From positions 1 to 38,464 of the forward strand of contig JBMYPC010000011.1 in the NCBI GenBank assembly GCA_049599895.1: DNA of 38,464 nt. The letters run 5' to 3'. Below the pieces are notes generated by a model, which did no database searches, had not been told where the DNA came from, and saw nothing but the letters and a program-made list of their open reading frames with translations. Made by a program: the position numbers and the translations under genes. Positions 1-9,838 of this stretch are shown here, one piece after another (the first letter of the stretch is position 1; every line of letters starts with the position of its first letter). Source of the DNA: Bacteriovoracaceae bacterium (GTDB taxonomy: Bacteria > Bdellovibrionota > Bacteriovoracia > Bacteriovoracales > Bacteriovoracaceae).

Positions 1-316
1 AACAGTAGGCTTTACTAAAACTTTGCAATTAGAAGCAGAGGTTTACGCTTGGCCGATTGATTTCATCCTCGTTTCCCCAGGTTTTGTAGAGTCTCAGATT
101 ATGAATGTTGGAAAAGACTACGGCTTTCCTGAAGAACTCCAAAAGATTGTCGCAAGCCCAGCATCCTGTGCAAAAGAAATCATTCAAGGAATCAAGAAAA
201 ATAAACTTGAGATTACCCCTACTCTCAATGGCAAGGCCGTGATGCAAATGAATAAATTCCTTCCAGGAACACTTAAGCTTCTTGGGAAACAGGCCTTCAA
301 AAAAGTGAAAAAATAA
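1..316 (+). CDS. SDR family oxidoreductase, C-terminal part (5'-truncated by window)
   Basis: Frame open from position 2 (TVGFTKTLQLEA...ILVSPGFVESQI...PASCAKEIIQGI), typical of the SDR region after the YxxxK motif. Confidence 0.75.
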   Translation, partial: TVGFTKTLQLEAEVYAWPIDFILVSPGFVESQIMNVGKDYGFPEELQKIVASPASCAKEIIQGIKKNKLEITPTLNGKAVMQMNKFLPGTLKLLGKQAFKKVKK

Positions 317-327
317 AAGGATTACCA

Positions 328-1269
328 ATGAAATCACTTACGGACATGCTCAATATCAAACATCCGATTATTATGGCCCCAATGTTTCTTGTGACCAATA
401 AAGAAATGATGATCTCTGCAGATAAAGCAGGCATTGCTGGCTGTATTCCAGCTCATAACTTTAGAACCATTAAAGAGTTTGAAAATGTCATTGATGAATT
501 AAGTGAAAAATGTGAGCACTCCTTTGGAGTTAATATTATTACAAACAGATCAAATCCTCTTGCGAGTAAACAAATCGATGCTGTTGTGAGGTCCAGGACA
601 GACTTCATCATCACCTCTCTTGGAAGCCCTGAAGAGGTCATAAAAAAAGCGAAAGAAAAAGATATCAAAGTCTTTTGTGACGTCATTGACCATAATTATG
701 CAATGAAAGTTGAAAAACTTGGAGCCGACGCCCTTATTGCTGTTAACAACAGTGCAGGAGGACATCTTGGAAAGTGGCCAGCTTCAATCCTGATCCCCTA
801 TCTCATCAAGCAAACAAACCTTCCCGTCATCTCAGCCGGAGGAGTTGGAGATTACAAAGGTCTTCAAAGTATGCTCAGCCTTGGCGCTATTGGAGCTTCA
901 ATTGGCTCACCATTTATCGCAACTTTTGAAAGTGGAGTCTCAAAAGAATATAAAGAAGCCTGTGTGAATTATGGGGCTCAAGACATTGTTGTTTCAACTA
1001 AAATTTCAGGAACTCCTTGTACAGTGATCAACACTCCTTATGTACAAAAAGTTGGAACAGAACAAAACTTCATTGAAGCCTATCTCAATAAAAATAAAAA
1101 AATTAAAAAATACGCAAAAATGGTCACTGCGTACAAAGGAATGAAAGCGATTGAAAAAGCAGCATTCTCATCCACTTACAAATCAGTTTGGTGTGCAGGC
1201 CCATCGATTCAAATGACTGAAAAAATTGAATCTGTGACTGATGTTGTTCAAAGAATCATCACTCCGTAA
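328..1269 (+). CDS. Nitronate monooxygenase / FabK-like flavin oxidoreductase
   Basis: HPIIMAPM N-terminus, AGGH motif, PVISAGGVGD, LGAIGASIGSPFIAT; RBS AAAGGA upstream. Confidence 0.88.
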   Translation: MKSLTDMLNIKHPIIMAPMFLVTNKEMMISADKAGIAGCIPAHNFRTIKEFENVIDELSEKCEHSFGVNIITNRSNPLASKQIDAVVRSRTDFIITSLGSPEEVIKKAKEKDIKVFCDVIDHNYAMKVEKLGADALIAVNNSAGGHLGKWPASILIPYLIKQTNLPVISAGGVGDYKGLQSMLSLGAIGASIGSPFIATFESGVSKEYKEACVNYGAQDIVVSTKISGTPCTVINTPYVQKVGTEQNFIEAYLNKNKKIKKYAKMVTAYKGMKAIEKAAFSSTYKSVWCAGPSIQMTEKIESVTDVVQRIITP

Positions 1270-1326
1270 GAAGAGTAGTTGAAAAAATCAATCAACTATG
1301 TATTCTTTCGAAGACTTTGACATCAC

Positions 1327-1356
1327 TTGAAATTTAACACAGTACAGCCCTATAAT
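1327..1356 (+). promoter_or_regulatory. Sigma70-type promoter, probably leaderless transcript of the M23 gene
   Basis: TTGAAA(1327-1332)-18 nt-TATAAT(1351-1356); ATG 7 nt downstream, no SD. Confidence 0.6.
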
Positions 1357-1363
1357 ATGAGTC

Positions 1364-2392
1364 ATGAAAATTGCCCTTCGAGCTTTACACTTTTTGCCAT
1401 TATTAATTCTTTTTGCATGCAGTGACATTGGGATTACTCCCGTCCAAAGAAAACCAAACAGTCTTAGCATGTCCAAGAAGACTCAAAAACTAGCTAAGCA
1501 TTACAAAAAGAAAGTCGAAAAACAAAAGCTGCAAGACCTCTTTTTAATTAAAGGTAAACTCGATCAACTTGATGGAAAAAATGGAGATGTCATTGGCATC
1601 AATTATCAACTCACTAAAAGCCAATACAAGTTTATAAAAAAGCATAGGCCAAATCTTGTTTGTGGACCTGTTGATAAAATTGCTTATAACACAAGTACAA
1701 GCTCACTGGATTTCTACCTACCTATTCCCTACAAGTTTAACAGCTCAAAGATGACTTGTTATTTTGAGCTTGATGAAAACAACGACGATAAAAATATCAA
1801 TGTCTTTGAAGTCAATGTTTCTCAGCAAGATTATCCAGTAAGGCAACTTAAAGTTTCAAAAAAACACGTTGAACTTTCCCAAAAGGCCATTAATCGTTGG
1901 TTAAAAGAAAAGGCAGTTCAAGAAAAAATCTATGGATCACGGACTCACAAAAAGCATTTTTTCTCTCCATTTGAAATGCCTTTAACATCTAAAATCACAA
2001 GCCCCTATGGATACAAAAGACTTTTTAATAACAAGAAATTCTCTTGGCATTCAGGAACAGATTTCAGGGCCCGGATCGGAACAAAAATCACTCCTTCAAA
2101 TCGTGGGGTTGTTCGATTTGCAGGAGACCTCTACTTCAACGGAAAAACCGTTATTATCGATCATGGAATGGGAATCTTCACCATGTACTGCCATCTCAGC
2201 AAACTCAAAGTTGCTGAGGGAGAAGTTGTCACAAAAAAGACAATTCTGGCGTTATCCGGAAATACGGGGCGATCTACAGGTCCACACCTTCACTGGGGAA
2301 CCAAGGTCAACGGAGAATGGGTCAATGGCCCAATGTTAGTTGAGCAGACTAACCAGCAGTTTTCACGCACTCGTCTACCTGCTTCCAAGTAG
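1364..2392 (+). CDS. M23 family metallopeptidase, lipoprotein
   Basis: Lipobox LILFAC; HSGTD (HxxxD) and STGPHLHW (HxH) zinc motifs. Confidence 0.92.
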   Translation: MKIALRALHFLPLLILFACSDIGITPVQRKPNSLSMSKKTQKLAKHYKKKVEKQKLQDLFLIKGKLDQLDGKNGDVIGINYQLTKSQYKFIKKHRPNLVCGPVDKIAYNTSTSSLDFYLPIPYKFNSSKMTCYFELDENNDDKNINVFEVNVSQQDYPVRQLKVSKKHVELSQKAINRWLKEKAVQEKIYGSRTHKKHFFSPFEMPLTSKITSPYGYKRLFNNKKFSWHSGTDFRARIGTKITPSNRGVVRFAGDLYFNGKTVIIDHGMGIFTMYCHLSKLKVAEGEVVTKKTILALSGNTGRSTGPHLHWGTKVNGEWVNGPMLVEQTNQQFSRTRLPASK

Positions 2393-2430
2393 TTGCAAAA
2401 CTAAATATTAAGAAATCAAGAAAAACATTG

Positions 2431-2459
2431 TTGAATCTGATCAGATCTTCACTGATAAT
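2431..2459 (+). promoter_or_regulatory. Sigma70-type promoter with internal 12-bp palindrome
   Basis: TTGAAT(2431-2436)-17 nt-GATAAT(2454-2459); perfect palindrome ATCTGATCAGAT at 2435-2446. Confidence 0.45.
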
Positions 2460-2494
2460 AAAATTAACTATTTAACACGATAAGGGCTTCTCCT

Positions 2495-2947
2495 ATGATG
2501 AATCAATCACCAAAAGGCAATATCCTCATAGTCGATGACAATGTTGAATTATTGGAGAAGCTTCAATTTCTTCTTGAAGACCTCGCTGAAGAGATCTTTA
2601 TAGCAGAAGATGCGGCCAAAGGATACGATGCCATTCAAAACCATGAAAAACTCCACTGTGTGGTCTGTGATATCAATATGCCTGGAAAAGATGGGGTTGA
2701 ATTTTTAAAAGATGTTCGAGCAGCGGGAATCAAAATCCCTTTTGTCTTTTTCACGGGCCACGGTGACGATGATCTTATGGTCAAAGCAGGAGATCTTGGA
2801 ACCTATGATTTTATCATGAAGCCACAATTGGATAATCTTGAAAAAGCTGTGATTGAGGCGATGAAGATCGGACAAGGAATCACTTCAGGAGATGAGCATA
2901 CAAGTGAAGAGAAGTTTCAAGAGCTCGTGGACATTCTCAAGAAATAG
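2495..2947 (+). CDS. Stand-alone response regulator (REC domain plus short tail)
   Basis: ILIVDD, VVCDINMPGKDG (phosphoacceptor D), FTGHG, KP motifs; no output domain. Confidence 0.92.
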   Translation: MMNQSPKGNILIVDDNVELLEKLQFLLEDLAEEIFIAEDAAKGYDAIQNHEKLHCVVCDINMPGKDGVEFLKDVRAAGIKIPFVFFTGHGDDDLMVKAGDLGTYDFIMKPQLDNLEKAVIEAMKIGQGITSGDEHTSEEKFQELVDILKK

Positions 2948-2953
2948 TATTCT

Positions 2954-3148
2954 TTAACTTAACCCTTGTTTCTTTTTTGCAGTTTCACATTCATCTTTTT
3001 TATCACAAAACATACAATCATCGCCTAGAACTTTTCCTAAGCCCCCACATGAACCTTGAAGTTTCTTTTTTGCAACAATGTAGCCAATGGCCATTCCAAA
3101 AAGAGAGAGAGTCACAATCAAAGAAGAAACGAGAATTGTTTTAATCAT
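2954..3148 (-). CDS. nqrM: Na+-NQR maturation factor NqrM (DUF539)
   Basis: One TM, GMAIG...LQGSCGGL and four Cys (C-CMFC-C); directly after apbE with 4-nt overlap. Confidence 0.88.
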   Translation of the reverse strand: MIKTILVSSLIVTLSLFGMAIGYIVAKKKLQGSCGGLGKVLGDDCMFCDKKDECETAKKKQGLS

Positions 3149-4164
3149 TTTTTCACCAGTTGGTTAAAACTTGAGTTTGCTTTAGTAATAAACTCTTTTG
3201 TCCCTTCTTTGGGATAAACAAAAAGAGCTGCAATATTATTTTCCTTGGCGTATTCCATCGCCTTTGAACGTTCCATTGCCATTAATGCAGTAGCAAGTGC
3301 ATCGGCTTTCATGCAAGATTCTTTGTGAAGAACAGTGACTGACGCCAGAGCAAACTTAACAGGCTCACCTGTTTTAAAATCAATCGTATGAGAATAACGT
3401 TTCCCAGCGTTTTCAAAAAAGTTTCGATAATTTCCTGATGTTGCCATGGCAACATCATTGATTTCAAGAATTTTTTGAATTGATCTTTTATTAACATCGG
3501 GAGTCTCAATACCGACTCTCCACGCCCTACCATTATTAGTTCCTGAAGTTCGAACCTCACCACCAATTTCAACCATAAAGTCTGTAAGTCTTCTTTTCAA
3601 AAGAAACTCTGCGATCAGATCAACTCCATAGCCCTTCGCAAGAGAAGAGAAGTCTAAATACATATTATCTTTCTTTAAAGTCAGTTTACGAGCGGCTTTA
3701 TCTAAAGAAACGTACTGAAAACCAACTCGCATTTTGGCCTTTTCGATCTCTTCTTTCGAAGGAACCTTTTTCTCTGCACTAGGTCCAAAGCCCCAAAGAT
3801 TAACTAAAGGTCCAATAGTCGGATCATAAACACCGTCTGTACTTTTTGAAAGCTCAAGAGCATAGTCCAAAACGTGAGCAAACCCTTCTGTTACGGCTTT
3901 TTCTTTAATAGGCTCCGATGAAAAATTAATTAATGAAATCTCAGAGTCCTTTATATAGGTCGACATGGATTGATTAACTTGAGCTAAGATTTTATCCACA
4001 TCACCTTGTCCAGGAAGAACAGCACCATCAGGAGCGGTGAGAACCTTCACAGAATAAGTCGTTCCCATGGTTTGACCAGTCCAAGTGACAAGTTGGTTTT
4101 GGACTCCACCAGTGCAGCCGACAAATACAAAAAGTATATAAAGGATAAAAGGCATATTTCTCAT
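3145..4164 (-). CDS. apbE: FAD:protein FMN transferase ApbE
   Basis: TMGTTY, YDPTIGPLVNLWGFG, DFSSLAKGYGVD, ATSGNYRNFF, ADALATALM; lipobox FVGC; start placed at ATG 4164 from promoter geometry. Confidence 0.95.
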   Translation of the reverse strand: MRNMPFILYILFVFVGCTGGVQNQLVTWTGQTMGTTYSVKVLTAPDGAVLPGQGDVDKILAQVNQSMSTYIKDSEISLINFSSEPIKEKAVTEGFAHVLDYALELSKSTDGVYDPTIGPLVNLWGFGPSAEKKVPSKEEIEKAKMRVGFQYVSLDKAARKLTLKKDNMYLDFSSLAKGYGVDLIAEFLLKRRLTDFMVEIGGEVRTSGTNNGRAWRVGIETPDVNKRSIQKILEINDVAMATSGNYRNFFENAGKRYSHTIDFKTGEPVKFALASVTVLHKESCMKADALATALMAMERSKAMEYAKENNIAALFVYPKEGTKEFITKANSSFNQLVKK

Positions 4165-4171
4165 AGGCCCA

Positions 4172-4200
4172 AAGATAGCGAATGTTCTTAAGGTTATCAA
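4172..4200 (-). promoter_or_regulatory. Sigma70-type promoter of apbE-nqrM (leaderless)
   Basis: Minus strand TTGATA(4200-4195)-17 nt-TATCTT(4177-4172)-7 nt-ATG(4164). Confidence 0.6.
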
Positions 4201-4399
4201 TCATTTCTAAGGGAAAGATCATCAGCTTGTGTCTTTGACTAAAGAAATATGTCAGACAGAGTTAGAAATTCTCTTCAAATCTTAGCATTCTATACTTTTT
4301 ACTCTAAAGACTTTACACCGGCAACGCGTCACTAATGCAAACTTAACACTTTTTTGTGAGTAATTTGTTCACGGAATTGTAATTTTTGCTGGGGGGCAA

Positions 4400-6469
4400 T
4401 TGTTGAAGTCCATAAAATTTTCAAACTTAGGTCTTATCTCTCTTCTCTGTGGTTCATTTCTGTTTTTGCATACGGTCTGTGCAAATGCTAACGAAAAAGA
4501 AGCTCTTATTGATCCTGGCTGCCAGCAAATTATGCTTTTGGCCCAGGAAGACTTTGAGCGATCTATCACGGAAAATACCGACCCTTTAGAACAATTCCAA
4601 AGAACTTCTGAAACTTTAACAGAATGTCAGTTTGAATATGCTTTTGCGGCTCTTCAAACCCAAACCAACTTTGAAAATATGCTGGCATTGCAGCTAGCTC
4701 TAGAAGCTTGGCAGGTAGGGCCCGAAGCGAAAGAAGAATATGCACTCGCCCAGGCTTTAACGACAATTCAGCTTGAAAAAGCAGGGATAACTATCAGTCA
4801 CTTTCAACAAGAGCAATTCAAATCAAAAGTAAAAACTTTTGAAGAAAACCTCGATGAGCTCTTTAAAGAATTTCAAGCGAAGGCCAAGGAGCAAAACCAA
4901 CCTTTAACTATTGGAAGATTTGTTTTTACCAGAGGAAGACCAGCTCCTTACACTCTTTATGACTATCCCGAAAAGATGAGGTCTTTTTCAAAAGATCAAT
5001 TAAAAAGTGTTTTAGAATCGTCTGAAAAAGAAAATGAGCTTCTTGATGGAAGCTATATTCGACTGGCCAAGCACTTCTATCAATCAATGCATGATGAAGT
5101 AAAAAGATATCTTGCTTGGAATCCACCTCTCCTTGGAAAGAAATCAAGACTTGGAGGGGCCTTCTGGCGACTAATTGGACTGGATAAAACTCAATCTCTT
5201 GTGGATCAAGAAATTGATAATGCTTATTACTTTTTAAATTCACAGTTTAAGAAAGTGATGGGCATGCATCTCGATCTTAAGCCTTTTAATCAACTTATGA
5301 ATGCCTATTTTGATAAAACCAGGGCCATCAATGATAGAGACTACAAGGCCTATAGCAGACTTAGAATTGGCGTGGCATTAGCACCATTAGTACCGGTTTC
5401 AATGTATCTTAGTGCAGGGCTACTCTCATCTGCAGGTCTCGCCACTTTAAACGCAACAAGTTTTACATTAACAACCACAGGCCTTCTTACTTCGGCGAAT
5501 GTTTCAGCTTTTATCACATTGGGACTTATGTCCACAGTTGTTGGAACGACAGTTTATTCTCACCACCTTGATAAAAAGTATGGAGTGAGCGACGGATTAG
5601 GACTATTTGATAAACTTCTTTTCAACCTTACAACTTCAATGCCGAGTATTGCAGCATCTAATATTCTCATCGCTTCAACAGCCTATACAATCACGTCATT
5701 TGCCGTTGGAGCAAAAGAGCTTATGGCTTCCCTACCAACTCTTATGAGAAATGCCAGTGCACTCTCAGGAAATGCTTTAATGGCAAAACTTAAGACAATG
5801 CCCATTACCCTTCTTAAGAAGTATGCTTCGGCTTGGTGGAGCAATAAAGTCTTATTCTTTAAGTTTTTTGTCGATACCGGAGTTGCCATCAGTCTTGAAA
5901 TCGCAACAAGACAACTTCTGGCAGATGGACCAGATAGAAAGTTCTTTATTAAGGACGAAGATGGTAATGTCACGATCAACCCAGACTCGCAGTATTCAAT
6001 CATTGCAGGAACAATCTCAAGAGCAATTGCTTATCCACTTGTAAAAGTTGATAACTTTGCCCTTCGTTATCTCATGTATAACCTTATTGGAACAATCTCT
6101 GGTGCTACTAGTGCCATCATAATGAATGGAGAGATAGACTTTAAGAAGATTAAGTTTTCAAGGGTTTATTCGATTGTCGTTGCCTCAGCGATGGGAGAAT
6201 TTAATAGGAAGCTTCGTTTTTCTAAGATGAACTCAGGTGATCAAACAAAAGTTGGTGTGAAAGATGCTTTGATCGATTTTTTAATGTCTCTTGCTTATAA
6301 ATCAGTCTCCACAACCATCAGCAATGCCATATATGATGACTACGCCGACAATGAGAGCAGTTTTCTTAATATGATCAGATCTCAGGTTGAAACATCTCTT
6401 AATCTTGATCTTGAAGGAGTTTCTAACCTCGAGCTAAAGCAATCCTTAGAAAGGTTAGAGATTCTTTAG
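4400..6469 (+). CDS. Hypothetical exported/membrane protein, 689 aa
   Basis: Long ORF, TTG start after GGGGG, signal-peptide-like N-terminus, helical N-half and several hydrophobic Ala/Gly/Ser/Thr-rich segments in the C-half. Confidence 0.75.
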   Translation: MLKSIKFSNLGLISLLCGSFLFLHTVCANANEKEALIDPGCQQIMLLAQEDFERSITENTDPLEQFQRTSETLTECQFEYAFAALQTQTNFENMLALQLALEAWQVGPEAKEEYALAQALTTIQLEKAGITISHFQQEQFKSKVKTFEENLDELFKEFQAKAKEQNQPLTIGRFVFTRGRPAPYTLYDYPEKMRSFSKDQLKSVLESSEKENELLDGSYIRLAKHFYQSMHDEVKRYLAWNPPLLGKKSRLGGAFWRLIGLDKTQSLVDQEIDNAYYFLNSQFKKVMGMHLDLKPFNQLMNAYFDKTRAINDRDYKAYSRLRIGVALAPLVPVSMYLSAGLLSSAGLATLNATSFTLTTTGLLTSANVSAFITLGLMSTVVGTTVYSHHLDKKYGVSDGLGLFDKLLFNLTTSMPSIAASNILIASTAYTITSFAVGAKELMASLPTLMRNASALSGNALMAKLKTMPITLLKKYASAWWSNKVLFFKFFVDTGVAISLEIATRQLLADGPDRKFFIKDEDGNVTINPDSQYSIIAGTISRAIAYPLVKVDNFALRYLMYNLIGTISGATSAIIMNGEIDFKKIKFSRVYSIVVASAMGEFNRKLRFSKMNSGDQTKVGVKDALIDFLMSLAYKSVSTTISNAIYDDYADNESSFLNMIRSQVETSLNLDLEGVSNLELKQSLERLEIL

Positions 6470-6677
6470 ATTAAGGCATGAAATTTCTTCATGGTTCCTG
6501 ACGATTATTATCCGCTCCCTTTATATTCAAGTAAAGGAACTTCGAAACACGGGCGCTGACGCTTCCTCGGTTTGCAAAAAAAGTTGCCAGTGGCATGCTT
6601 TAACGCAAACCGGTCTGGAATGCCAGAAAACTCAACCGTTTTCAGTATAGTTTCACTTTAACAATTTGGAGGCCAAT

Positions 6678-7169
6678 ATGAAGATCTTATCTTTACTCGT
6701 TCTATGCTTATTAAGTGTTCAATCATTTGCAATAACAACTAAAACTGCCAAAGTTCAATATGAATTTGATGTTGAATATCAAAAGATCAAAAACCTAGAA
6801 GTCATCTGCGTTAATTCTTATGATGCTCGTGAAGACGGTGATGGTGACCAAATTGCTTTCAATGAAATCTGGTATTCAGGAAACTCTTATCTCAAAGTAA
6901 AAAATCTTCTTGAAAAAGGTTTTCAACCAAAGCTTAACGCTGAAGCTGGTGAGCAATGTGAAAGTCAGTACGGCTCGACACCCACGATCCATGTTTATAC
7001 ATATGCCTACCTTAGTAAGGCTTTGGTTAATGCAGAAATGGCAAGGTCAAATAAAAGTTTTGTCAAAAGAGATGTTCTCTTTGTCAAAACAAAGTTTGAT
7101 CGAGAGACATTACTTGAAAGAGTCAGCACCGAGAAAGATGATATTCTTAGTGATGCTTGGGCTGAATAG
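6678..7169 (+). CDS. Hypothetical secreted protein
   Basis: GGAGG (6668-6672) precedes ATG 6678; signal peptide MKILSLLVLCLLSVQSFA. Confidence 0.8.
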   Translation: MKILSLLVLCLLSVQSFAITTKTAKVQYEFDVEYQKIKNLEVICVNSYDAREDGDGDQIAFNEIWYSGNSYLKVKNLLEKGFQPKLNAEAGEQCESQYGSTPTIHVYTYAYLSKALVNAEMARSNKSFVKRDVLFVKTKFDRETLLERVSTEKDDILSDAWAE

Positions 7170-7185
7170 AAAATCAAAATTTCAT

Positions 7186-7206
7186 GGTGCCTTTTTTAAA
7201 GGCACC
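7186..7206. terminator. Probable bidirectional intrinsic terminator
   Basis: GGTGCCTTT-TTT-AAAGGCACC hairpin between convergent genes (hypothetical and nqrF), T-rich on the plus side. Confidence 0.65.
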
Positions 7207-7238
7207 TCTCTTTTATCTGTTTAATCGTACTTATGCTT

Positions 7239-8462
7239 CTAACCACCAAAGTCATCAAGCATGATGTCTTCTCTTTCAACACCAAGAGAGACAAGCATAT
7301 CAATCACACACTTGTTCATAATTGGAGGCCCACAGAGGTAATACTCACAATCCTCTGGGTTTGGATGATCTTTTAAGTATTCATCATGAAGGACTTGGTG
7401 GATAAATCCAGTATATCCTTCCCAGTTATCTTCAGGAAGAGCATCTGAAAGAGCACAATGCCATGTGAAGTTATCGTTTTCTTTTTGAATGGTATCAAAA
7501 TCTTCAACGTAGAACATTTCTCTTTTTGAACGAGCACCATACCAAAAAGTCACTTTTCGGTCGGTCTTGATTCTTCTGAACTGATCAAAAATATGAGATC
7601 TCATCGGTGCCATCCCTGCTCCACCACCAACAAAGATCATTTCTTTTTTAGTGTCTCGAGCAAAGAATTCCCCAAATGGGCCTGAGATAGTGACATCATC
7701 TCCTGGCTTTAAATTAAAGATATAAGATGACATTTTCCCTGGAGCAACATTAGGAAGTCTTGGTGGAGGAGAAGCAATCCTTACATTAAGCATGATAATT
7801 CCGCGCTCCTCAGGATAGTTGGCCATTGAATAGGCCCTAATCGTCTCTTCGTCTACCTTTGATCGGTATTGCCAAAGATTAAAGGTATCCCAATCTCCTC
7901 GATACTCTTCTTCAACATCAAAGTCTTTATAGTCAATATCAAGACCAGGAGGTCTTTCAATTTGGATATAACCACCAGCTCTAAATGGAACCGCTTCCCC
8001 AGCTGGAAGCTCAAGAACAAGTTCTTTAATAAAGGTTGCAACGTTATGATTTGATCGAACTTTACAGTTCCACTTTTGAACACCAAAGACCTCTTCAGGG
8101 ACTTCAACTTCCATATCTTGTTTTACAGCAACCTGACATGAAAGACGGTCACCTTCTCTGGCCTCTCTTTTTGTAATGTGACTCAGCTCAGTTGAAAGGA
8201 TATCTCCCCCACCATCGAAAACCTTAACCTTACACTGGGCACAGGTTCCACCGCCACCACAAGCTGATCCCACAAAAATTTTGTTATCAGCAAGGACACC
8301 AAGAAGTTTTCCACCTGGAGAAACTTTAAGTTCTTTTTCTCCATTAACTTTAATTGTCACTTCGCCAGAAGGAACAAGCTTTGATTTTGCCACTAAAATT
8401 ACCGCCACCAACGCTAGGACGATAAGAGTAAACATTAAAACACCTGTTACGATAACTTCCAT
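7239..8462 (-). CDS. nqrF: Na+-translocating NADH:quinone reductase subunit F
   Basis: [12 protein letters not shown] 2Fe-2S motif, RAYSMAN FAD motif, [16 protein letters not shown]-terminal DDFGG. Confidence 0.98.
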   Translation of the reverse strand: MEVIVTGVLMFTLIVLALVAVILVAKSKLVPSGEVTIKVNGEKELKVSPGGKLLGVLADNKIFVGSACGGGGTCAQCKVKVFDGGGDILSTELSHITKREAREGDRLSCQVAVKQDMEVEVPEEVFGVQKWNCKVRSNHNVATFIKELVLELPAGEAVPFRAGGYIQIERPPGLDIDYKDFDVEEEYRGDWDTFNLWQYRSKVDEETIRAYSMANYPEERGIIMLNVRIASPPPRLPNVAPGKMSSYIFNLKPGDDVTISGPFGEFFARDTKKEMIFVGGGAGMAPMRSHIFDQFRRIKTDRKVTFWYGARSKREMFYVEDFDTIQKENDNFTWHCALSDALPEDNWEGYTGFIHQVLHDEYLKDHPNPEDCEYYLCGPPIMNKCVIDMLVSLGVEREDIMLDDFGG

Positions 8463-8535
8463 TATCTATAATCCTTTATATTGTTTTTAATTTTTATATT
8501 TTTACATTCCACTTATAAGGACCTTAGTTTCGCTA

Positions 8536-9153
8536 TTAAAGCTGAATCCCCGAAAAGGAAAGAAAACCAATCGCCATAAGCCCAACAGTAATAAAAGTGA
8601 TTCCTAATCCCTTTAATCCATCAGGAACATCAGCGTATTGAAGTTTTTCTCTAATACCAGCTAATGCCATAATCGCTAATGCCCATCCTACACCAGCACC
8701 AACTCCATAAACGATACTTTCAGAGAATGTATAATCTCTTTCTACCATAAAAAGAGAAGCACCAAGGATGGCACAGTTCACAGTAATAAGAGGGAGGAAG
8801 ATTCCAAGCGCTGAATAAAGAGCTGGAAAAAACTTATCAAGTGTCATTTCAAGGATCTGAACAATCGCAGCAATAACCCCGATGTAACTGATAAGACCTA
8901 AAAACGTAAGGTCCATTTCAGCAAGAGCTTCAATTCCCGTCCACTCAAGGGCACCTTTTTTAAGTAGCAATTTATAGATCAAGTTGTTCACAGGAACAGT
9001 CACAACCTGAACAACAATAACCGCAATCCCTAAACCAATTGAAGTGCTCACTTTCTTTGAAACCGCTAAGAAAGTACACATCCCTAAGAAAAACGCTAAG
9101 GCAAGGTTCTCAACGAAGACTGCTTTTAAGAATAAACTGAGATAATGTTCCAT
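8536..9153 (-). CDS. nqrE: Na+-NQR subunit E
   Basis: [42 protein letters not shown]. Confidence 0.97.
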   Translation of the reverse strand: MEHYLSLFLKAVFVENLALAFFLGMCTFLAVSKKVSTSIGLGIAVIVVQVVTVPVNNLIYKLLLKKGALEWTGIEALAEMDLTFLGLISYIGVIAAIVQILEMTLDKFFPALYSALGIFLPLITVNCAILGASLFMVERDYTFSESIVYGVGAGVGWALAIMALAGIREKLQYADVPDGLKGLGITFITVGLMAIGFLSFSGIQL

Positions 9154-9184
9154 ATATATTTCCTTAAAAATTCTTTAAATTTTA

Positions 9185-9811
9185 TTAAGCTTGGACCCCG
9201 TGTTCCACTTGATCTTTTTTGAATGTTCTTAGTCCCCAAATGAAAAAGCCAATTAAGAAAAAGGCACTTGGTGAAAGTAAGAACATCCCATCGGCTTGAT
9301 ACCAACCACCATCTTTAGCAAGTGGAAGAATAGTCACTCCTAATAACTTTCCGGATCCAAGGAGCTCTCTAAAAACAGCAACAAAGATCAGAACGATACT
9401 GTAACCAACACCGTTTCCAAAACCATCGAGCATACTCATGAGAGGATTATTTTTCATGGCGTAAGCTTCTGCACGCCCCATAACAATACAGTTTGTAATG
9501 ATAAGACCGATATAAACCGACATACTTTTGGCCACATCATAAACAAAGGCCTTAAGAAGCTGGTCGGTTAAAATCACAAGAGATGCGATAATTGTCATCT
9601 GCGCGATGATACGAATACTTGATGGAATATAGTTTCGAATGAGGCTGACAAAAAACCCTGAAAAACTACAAACAAGGATAACGGCAACAGACATAACAAG
9701 TGCCGCTTCAAGCTTTGTGGTAACAGCAAGAGCCGAACAGATCCCAAGAATCTGAAGAGCAATTGGGTTGTTGTTAAAAACCGGATCAAATAAAACTTTT
9801 TTTACACTCAT
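9185..9811 (-). CDS. nqrD: Na+-NQR subunit D
   Basis: [36 protein letters not shown]. Confidence 0.97.
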   Translation of the reverse strand: MSVKKVLFDPVFNNNPIALQILGICSALAVTTKLEAALVMSVAVILVCSFSGFFVSLIRNYIPSSIRIIAQMTIIASLVILTDQLLKAFVYDVAKSMSVYIGLIITNCIVMGRAEAYAMKNNPLMSMLDGFGNGVGYSIVLIFVAVFRELLGSGKLLGVTILPLAKDGGWYQADGMFLLSPSAFFLIGFFIWGLRTFKKDQVEHGVQA

Positions 9812-9838
9812 AATTTTATTCTCTTTATATTTGTATAT

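Noticed and set aside
6498..6548. Hammerhead-ribozyme-like CTGACGA ... CGAAAC cores
   Set aside because: The sequence between the cores does not form stem II closing on them, and no stem I/III pairing with a UH site was found
6574..6606. Sigma54-like TGGCA...GC sites on both strands
   Set aside because: GG-to-GC spacing is 11 nt rather than the strict 10 nt
6530..6612. c-di-GMP-I (GEMM) or cobalamin riboswitch-like words (GCAAACC, GAAA, GCCACTG on the minus strand)
   Set aside because: The required stems around GAAA and the other conserved boxes are absent
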